DNA of 64,000 bases from Eledone cirrhosa (lineage: Eukaryota). This document shows positions 55,580 to 64,000 of this stretch, piece after piece. A program made the translations under genes and the position numbers. The DNA lies in NCBI GenBank assembly GCA_964016885.1, contig OZ024743.1, positions 306,466,001-306,530,000 of the forward strand, read 5' to 3'. The notes beneath the pieces are model-generated. The model saw only the letters and a program-made list of their open reading frames with translations. It had not been told where the DNA came from and ran no database searches. Within the stretch, counting starts at the first letter, position 1; each line of letters begins with the position of its first letter.

Positions 55580-55790
55580 GTTTCGAAGTTGAACACAAGC
55601 CAGCAATTTTAAGGACACGAAGGGGTTGATTATATCGCCTCTAGAACTTGACTAGTACTTTATCATATCGACCCGGGAAGGATGAAAAACGAAGTTGAAC
55701 TTGTCGAGATTTGAAATCAAAACATAAGAAGTCAAAACGAATGCCGCAAAAGATTTTATCTGGGGTTCTAAAATGTCTACCACCTTTATA
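55580..55790 (-). mobile_element. tRNA-derived SINE copy (family of 43685-43886)
   Basis: cacaagccagcaatttt...gattatatcg...tagtacttta..tatcgacccgggaaggatgaaa...gagatttgaa aligns by eye with 43685-43886. Confidence 0.7.
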
Positions 55791-55849
55791 TTGGCTGTAA
55801 TAAAAACAGTAGCAAAAACCTCTAGAGAGAGTGTGACAGCAGAGGGGGA

Positions 55850-56285
55850 GGGGGTCTTCAGATCAAAATCTCCCTTCCCTTCAAACCATTGTTTCAGTCC
55901 TTAATTTATTACACTTTAAGAGACCGGGACACATCCAAGTCATAACAACTGGACTGCTTTTGCTGACGTCTTTTTTACCCACAAGACTATCCGATACCTG
56001 TTGAAAGTCGGGCTCTTAAGCCTTATGAAAATCACTTCCTTTTCTCCGTGAACAGATCCAGTTGGAACCCTCTTTTGGTTAACTTTAGGCCTTTGATCTT
56101 TCTTGTCTCAGAAATCGAAAGCTGTTGCTTGAGATCATAAATAGATTTGTCTAAAACCCTCTTGTTCCGACCTCTATACCAACGAGAAACTTCCCACGAG
56201 TTGTTGGCTAGACTGTAATATTTTTCAGTCTCGTAAACGGCGACTTCATTTATTCTGCTTTAATATGGCACGTACATTATAGCAG
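55850..56285 (-). mobile_element. Decayed 3' end of a restriction-like-endonuclease non-LTR retrotransposon (HERO-like)
   Basis: Minus strand, across frameshifts: VPY*SRINEVAVYETEKYYSL ... IEVGTRGF (56154-56177) ... SIYDLKQQLSI ... GSNWICSRR; matches the ELTVPxE..E....K..KY..L / EVGxRGF / S.WIW.KR pattern. Confidence 0.7.
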
Positions 56286-56399
56286 CAATAAATCATTCAG
56301 TGATTTTGACCTACACTATATACGTACACACACACATACACATATATGTAAGCAGAAAACACAAACATATTCGTATTCACACTCACCCACAAACACACT

Positions 56400-56509
<110 letters not shown>

Positions 56510-56539
56510 AAAATGTGTGAGATCCTTGGTTCAGTTAGG

Positions 56540-56598
<59 letters not shown>

Positions 56599-56630
56599 TA
56601 TATATATATATATAATTATATATATATATA

Positions 56631-56751
<121 letters not shown>

Positions 56752-56886
56752 TTACACATATGCATACATCTCTCCCTCTCTTTCCCTATATATATATATA
56801 TATGTGTGTGTGTTGGTGTACATACATACATATATATATGCATACATCTCTTTCTCTCTCTTTCTCCCCACCTCTCTCTCTCTCTA

Positions 56887-56963
<77 letters not shown>

Positions 56964-57424
56964 TTATATATATTCACACGCACATTCTGCAGTTACTGTT
57001 TGAGTAGTGAGTACCAATCTCCACATTGTTTGAAACACACCATTCCTAAGTTTGAATCCAAGATTATCTATGTCAAGATCCTGTGTGGTTATTGTCAGAC
57101 CACTACCAGTTCCTCCTCCAGTTAGAACTATCAAAAGAAATCACGCTCAGACGTCCAATTCGATAAACAAATATAAAATATCATACTAAACATATGGCCA
57201 GGGAACTTGGTCAATATACTCTTTCACTTGACAGCTGTACAGAACGACAGACTAATGGATAACTTGATAACGTATATACACATGCACATACATAAATACA
57301 TATACACACACAGATATATATATCTCTCTCTATATATATCTATACTTACATACACACGCACATACATACTCACATGCACACACATCAATACATATGAGCA
57401 CATACATATACATCTAACTATCCA

Positions 57425-57509
<85 letters not shown>

Positions 57510-57597
57510 TATATATATACCTATATTGATCTATATCTGTCTACAGCCACGCACATAAATACATATACGCTCATACATACATATATATATATATATA

Positions 57598-57719
57598 TAA
57601 CGAAGGAAATGTGGTAAGGAACCAGATGGACCATAACGCACCAGAGTACTCAATACTTAGGGTAGTCCAGAATTAGCCGTCGAAACGGCTTGAGCTCAGC
57701 CGTCGGGGTCCTACTCGTT

Positions 57720-57723
<4 letters not shown>
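57598..57723. mobile_element. Rearranged (half-inverted) copy of the 48639-48813 element between (TA)n tracts
   Basis: 57598-57666 is the reverse complement of ~48748-48813; 57664-57723 is a direct copy of ~48676-48735. Confidence 0.9.
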
Positions 57724-57753
<30 letters not shown>

Positions 57754-58164
57754 AATAAATTATCGAGAATCGGAATTTCGGCCCACGAAATAACGAAACA
57801 CAATCTTCGAAATGTGTGGCAAAGGGCTCAATAGTTTGGATAAACCAGAGCTATAACTATCGTTTAAATACCAACACACAGAGACAATGCTTAAAATCAC
57901 TCGCACAACCGAAAAAAACGACCAGGAAAATTCGGGTCAGACAAATAATAATATAAATGAATGAAAAATCTTTACCCGGACCCGCTAGAATGATGGTAAA
58001 TTCCAGCTTTTTGGTTTCTGCGGTTCCTAAATCAGTTACCATCAGCTTACATAAAAAAATATTCGGCTTCTGGCAAAAAGATGAACGAGGAAAACCACTT
58101 TCTCAACAGGCATTTCGTTCGAATATACAGAAGAACCCATTACTAAATCCACGTGGGGTTTGCG

Positions 58165-58199
<35 letters not shown>

Positions 58200-58416
58200 T
58201 ATACATTGGCCTGTTTGTGTATGTATGCGTGTGTGTTTGTTTGTATGTGTGCGTGGTATTTCCTAGTGCAAACGTAAGAAGTACTTAATACATAATAATA
58301 CATTAAATTCGGCTGAATCAAGGAATTTCTATGGCAACAAATGTACACATACACCTACGTCACACACACACACAAAACACACATATATGTATATACACAC
58401 GCATATTGGCACCCGC

Positions 58417-58498
<82 letters not shown>

Positions 58499-59228
58499 TT
58501 GTGTGTGATTGTGTGTGTGCCTGTGAGTGTGTGTGTGTGCGTGTGTTTGTATATATATAGTGAGAGACTGAGAGAGGGAGAGAGAGAGAGACTGGCTAAG
58601 AAGGAGTGATGCTAGAGCTGTGAAATCTTACATGCATTAACTTCAATTCTTCTTATATATAGCTGTAGTGTTTCTTTCCAGGGACTATGTTGAAAAATAA
58701 ACCACATTTGGAGTATACTCATGACAGTATCTCCGTCAGTATCAACCTTTCGGCCGGTTTTTTTAGTGCGTGAGTCCTCAAAATGACTTAATGCGGCCTC
58801 GAATGTGGACTTCTAAGCTTCATCGAAATTACAACACAAACATCAACTCTGCAATCATTCATCCTTAAAGGGGAAAATAAAATAAGATAAAACCCCAAAT
58901 AAACAACACCGAAATTTTTAGAAATATCTTTCTCTCGTCTCTGAATATGTTGATTGTGGTGATATTGGTCAGTGTCGGATTAAGGATGCAACCAGTTCCC
59001 TCACAATATTTTAAGGGCCCCATATTCAATTTTATCTTACTACATAAATATGTAAGAGCCCCGATGAAATTTCACGCAGGGATTCCAAAGAGATTTAAAC
59101 CGCCCCTATCTGTGATATTAGTGTCACTAAAGTTGTGATAATGGTGGTGCTGATGGTAATAATCGTAATAATAGTGGTAGTATTTACAATGTTTCTAGCG
59201 ATGTTAGTTGTAGAGAAAGTTTGTCACT

Positions 59229-60310
59229 AACCAGAACCATCAGCACAACCACAACAATAATCACAGCACCAACACCAAACCAACAACCATAACCATAACC
59301 ACAACCACAACAATAATCACAGCACCAAAACCAAACCAACAACCAGAACCATCAGCACAACCACAACAATAATCACAGCACCAACACCAAACCAACAACC
59401 ATAACCATAACCACAACCACAACAATAATCACAGCACCAAAACCAAACCAACAACCAGAACCATCAGCACAACCACAACAATAATCACAGCACCAACACC
59501 AAACCAACAACCATAACCATAACCACAACCACAACAATAATCACGGCACCAACACCAAACCAACAACCATAACCATAACCACAACCACAACAATAATCAC
59601 AGCACCAACACCAAACCAACAACCAGAACCATAACCACAACATAACCACAACCACAACAATAATCACAGCACCAACACCAAACCAACAACCATAACCAAA
59701 ACCACAACCACAACAATAATCACAGCACCAACACCAAACCAACAACCATAACCAAAACCACAACCACAACAATAATCACAGCACCAACACCAAACCAACA
59801 ACCAAAACCATAACCACAACCACAACAATAATCACAGCACCAACACCAAACCAACAACCAGAACCATAACCACAACCACAACAATAATCACAGCACTAAC
59901 ACCAAACCAACAACCAGAACCATAACCACAACATAACCACAACCACAACACCCACACCAAACCAACAACCATAACCACAACCACAACACCCACACCAAAC
60001 CAACAACCATAACCACAACCACAACAATAATCACAACACCAACACTAAACCCACAATAAGAACCACAACCATAATCACAAAAAGAACACCAAACCGACAA
60101 CCACAACCATAGCCACAGCAATAATCACAACACCAAACCCAACAACTAGAACTACAGCCACAACCTCAACCACAACAATAATCACAACACCAACACCAAG
60201 CCCACAACCATAACCACAACCATAACATCAATCACAACACCAAGCCCACAACCAGAACCACAGTCACAACCACAGCCACAACAATAATCACAAGAGAAAC
60301 ACCAACCCCA
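59229..60310. repeat. 56-bp A/C-rich minisatellite with a 112-bp dimeric repeat at its left end
   Basis: caataatcac at 59255, 59311, 59367...; variant ccagaaccatcagcac at 59231, 59343, 59455. Confidence 0.92.
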
Positions 60311-60477
60311 CAACAACCTCACTCATGAGAGAAACATGTGTAATATTAAATTAAATTAAACTCGCCATTTCATTTCAAACAAACAATTAAACACGAGAAC
60401 GTATCGAAATTTCTAGAAATGTGATTTACTGGCTTCTTATATCTCACTGTCATTAATATTGTTAGTGTTGTTAGTTA

Positions 60478-60665
60478 CAGACCCGTCAACTCTCCCCGTC
60501 CGAAGGGGAGATCTTCCCATCCACTTTGGGTTGGGTGGGAGATGTCTTCTCTTGTGAAAATGGGTATATCTTTCATTATATCCCCATTTTGCCCCATTTC
60601 TCCCCGTTTGGAGGCACCTTTTTCATGGTACGCCTCGTTTGTGTTTTTAGAGGTTGGCAAGTCTG
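60478..60665. mobile_element. MITE with imperfect terminal inverted repeats and flanking TA
   Basis: TA-cagacccgtcaactct ... agaggttggcaagtctg-TA; internal hairpins. Confidence 0.55.
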
Positions 60666-60950
60666 TAGTTGTGATAATGGTGGTGATTGTGATAGTGTTG
60701 TTAGTTGTGTTAGTGTTGTTAGTTGTGATAATGGTATTAATTGTGATAATGTTGTTAGTTGTGATAATGGTGTTGTGATAGTGTTGTGAGTTGTGAAAAT
60801 GTTGTTAGTTGTGATAATGTTGTTATTGTTGTTAGTTGTGATAGTGTTGTTAGTTGTAATAGTGTTGTTAATTGTGATAGTGTTGTTAGTGGGGGATAGT
60901 GTTGTTATTGTTAATAGTGGTATTGCTAATAGTATTACTGGGGTAATTAA
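60666..60950. repeat. Degenerate ~18-21-bp repeat GTTGTTAGTTGTGATAAT
   Basis: Seen directly. Confidence 0.8.
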
Positions 60951-60984
60951 TGGTGACTGTTATTGGTCTTAATACTGGTTTTAG

Positions 60985-63900
60985 TGGTGGTGATGCTGAT
61001 AGTGGTGTTATTGGTGGTGATCGTGATGTTCATGATGGTGTTATTGGTGGTGATGGTGGTGTTAATGGTGGTGTTATTGGTGATGGTGGTGTTAATGGTG
61101 GTGTTATTGGTGATGGTGGTGTTAATGGTGGTGTTATTGGTGATGGTGGTGTTAATGATGGTGTTATTGGTGATGGTGGTGTTAATGATGGTGTTATTGG
61201 TGGTGATGGTGGAGTTAATGGTGGTGTTATTGGTGGTGGTGGTGATGTTCATGATGGTGTTATTGGTGATGGTGGTGTTAATGGTGGTGTTATTGGTGAT
61301 GGTGGTGTTATTGGTGATGGTGGTGTTAATGGTGGTGTTATTGGTGGTGGTGGTGTTAATGATGGTGTTATTGGTGGTGGTGGTGTTAATGATGGTGTTA
61401 TTGGTGGTGGTGGTGTTAATGATGGTGTTATTGGTGGTGATGGTGGAGTTAATGGTGGTGTTATTGGTGATGGTGGAGTTAATGGTGGTGTTATTGGTGG
61501 TGGTGGTGTTAATGGTGGTGTTATTGGTGATGGTGGTGTTATTGGTGGTGGTGGTGTTAATGGTGGTGTTATTGGTGGTGGTGGTGTTAATGGTGGTGTT
61601 ATTGGTGGTGATGGTGTTAATGGTGGTGTTATTGGTGGTGGTGGTGGTGGTGGTGTTATTGGTGGTGATGGTGTTAATGGTGGTGTTATTGGTGGTGATG
61701 GTGGTGTTATTGGTGATGGTGGTGTTATTGGTGGTGGTGGTGTTAATGGTGGTGTTATTGGTGGTGATGGTGGTGTTATTGGTGTTAATGGTGGTGTTAT
61801 TGGTGATGGTGGTGTTATTGGTGGTGGTGGTGTTAATGGTGGTGTTATTGGTGGTGGTGGTGGTGTTAATGGTGGTGTTATTGGTGATGCTGGTAGAGTT
61901 AATGGTGGTGTTATTGGTGATGGTGGTGTTATTGGTGGTGGTGGTGTTAATGGTGGTGTTATTGGTGGTGGTGGTGTTAATGGTGGTGGTGGTGTTAATG
62001 GTGGTGTTATTGGTGGTGGTGGTGTTAATGGTGGTGTTATTGGTGATGGTGGTGTTATTGGTGGTGGTGGTGTTAATGGTGGTGTTATTGGTGGTGGTGG
62101 TGTTAATGGTGGTGTTATTGGTGGTGTTAATGATGGTGTTATTGGTGGGGATGGTGGAGTTAATGGTGGTGTTATTGGTGATGGTGGTGTTAATGATGGT
62201 GTTATTGGTGGTGATGGTGGAGTTAATGGTGGTGTTATTGGTGATGGTGGTGTTAATGATGGTGTTATTGGTGGTGATGGTGGTGTTAATGGTGGTGTTA
62301 TTGGTGATGGTGGTGTTAATGATGGTGTTATTGGTGGTGATGGTGGTGTTAATGGTGGTGTTATTGGTGGTGGTGGTGTTAATGATGGTGTTATTGGTGG
62401 TGATGGTGGTGTTAATGGTGGTGTTATTGGTGATGGTGGTGTTAATGATGGTGTTATTGGTGGTGATGGTGGTGTTAATGATGGTGTTATTGGTGATGCT
62501 GGTAGAGTTAATGGTGGTGTTATTGGTGATGGTGGTGTTAATGATGGTGTTATTGGTGATGGTGGTGTTAATGATGGTGTTATTGGTGGTGGTGGTGTTA
62601 ATGATGGTGTTATTAGTGGTGGTGGTGTTAATGATGGTGTTATTGGTGGTGGTGGTTATGTTCATGATGGTGTTATTGGTGATGGTGGTGTTAATGGTGG
62701 TGTTATTGGTGGTGATGGTGTTAATGGTGGTGTTATTGGTGGTGGTGGTGTTAATGATGGTGTTATTAGTGGTGGTGGTGTTAATGATGGTGTTATTGGT
62801 GATGGTGGTCTTAATGGTGGTGTTAATGGTGATGGTGGTGTTAATGGTGGTGTTATTGGTGGTGATGGTGTTAATGGTGGTGTTATTGGTGGTGATGGTG
62901 GTGTTATTGGTGATGGTGGTGTTAATGGTGGTGTTATTGGTGATGGTGGTGTTAATGGTGGTGTTATTGGTGATGGTGGTGTTAATGATGGTGTTATTGG
63001 TGGTGATGGTGGTGTTAATGGTGGTGTTATTGGTGATGGTGGTGTTAATGGTGGTGTTATTGGTGATGGTGGTGTTAATGGTGGTGTTATTGGTGATGGT
63101 GGTGTTAATGATGGTGTTATTAGTGGTGGTGGTGTTAATGATGGTATTATTGGTGATGGTGGTGTTAATGGTGGTGTTATTGGTGGTGGTGGTGTTAATG
63201 GTGGTGTTATTGGTGATGGTGGTGTTAATGATGGTGTTATTGGTGATGGTGGTCTTAATGGTGGTGTTAATGGTGATGGTGGTGTTAATGATGGTGTTAT
63301 TGGTGGTGGTGGTGTTAATGATGGTGTTATTGGTGATGGTGGTGTTAATGATGGTATTATTGGTGATGGTGGTGTTAATGGTGGTGTTATTGGTGATGGT
63401 GGTGTTAATGATGGTGTTATTGGTGGTGGTGGTGTTAATGATGGTGTTATTGGTGATGGTGGTGTTAATGATGGTATTATTGGTGATGGTGGTGTTAATG
63501 GTGGTGTTATTGGTGATGGTGGTGTTAATGATGGTGTTATTGGTGATGGTGGTCTTAATGGTGGTGTTAATGGTGATGGTGGTGTTAATGGTGGTGTTAT
63601 TGGTGATGGTGGTGTTAATGGTGGTGTTATTGGTGATGGTGGTGTTAATGATGGTATTATTGGTGATGGTGGTGTTAATGGTGGTGTTATTGGTGATGGT
63701 GGTGTTAATGATGGTGTTATTGGTGATGGTGGTCTTAATGGTGGTGTTAATGGTGATGGTGGTGTTAATGGTGGTGTTATTGGTGATGGTGGTGTTAATG
63801 GTGGTGTTATTGGTGATGGTGGTGTTAATGATGGTATTATTGGTGATGGTGGTGTTAATGGTGGTGTTATTGGTGATGGTGGTGTTAATGATGGTGTTAT

Positions 63901-64000
63901 TGGTGATGCTGGTCTTAATGGTGGTGTTATTGGTGGTGGTGGTGTTATTGGTGGTGATGGTATTGTTAATGGTGGGTTATTGGTGGTGATGGTGATGGTG
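60985..64000. repeat. G/T-rich satellite, ~30-bp unit GGTGTTATTGGTGATGGTGGTGTTAATGGT with triplet indels
   Basis: Tandem units run to the window end; a 3-kb frame stays open because the length variants are multiples of 3. Confidence 0.96.

Noticed and set aside
57760-57835. Minus-strand hammerhead-like gccc...gggcc-GAAA (similar case at 58710-58805)
   Set aside because: The CUGANGA core has two or more mismatches and stems I and III do not form convincingly.
60947-63989. 1008-aa (+) and 572-aa (-) ORFs
   Set aside because: Products of a 30-bp triplet-based satellite that lacks stop codons in those frames.

Overview
Repeat-dominated eukaryotic genomic DNA with no recognisable host protein-coding gene. 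The SINE types and the very high microsatellite density suggest a coleoid cephalopod (Octopus-like); this is an inference. Bases 1-34815 are one giant G/T-rich satellite built on the 12-mer GGTGGTAGTG(A/T)T, with kilobase-scale higher-order duplications; almost all ORFs in the supplied track are artefacts of it. Bases 35-61 kb are a mosaic of microsatellites, tRNA-derived SINEs, decayed RTE LINE fragments, a HERO-like restriction-endonuclease LINE remnant and a 5'-truncated Penelope-like element (RT plus GIY-YIG, Naiad-like CxCx5C linker). A second 30-bp G/T-rich satellite fills 61-64 kb. The most interesting signal is a set of short non-coding foldback (inverted-arm) elements lying in or next to (TA)n tracts. 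Several carry type I hammerhead ribozyme folds: one canonical at 51978-52057 and others degenerate but with covarying stems. They look like non-autonomous, ribozyme-bearing Penelope-derived elements integrated by two-ended priming at (TA)n. All coordinates and alignments were read by eye and are approximate.
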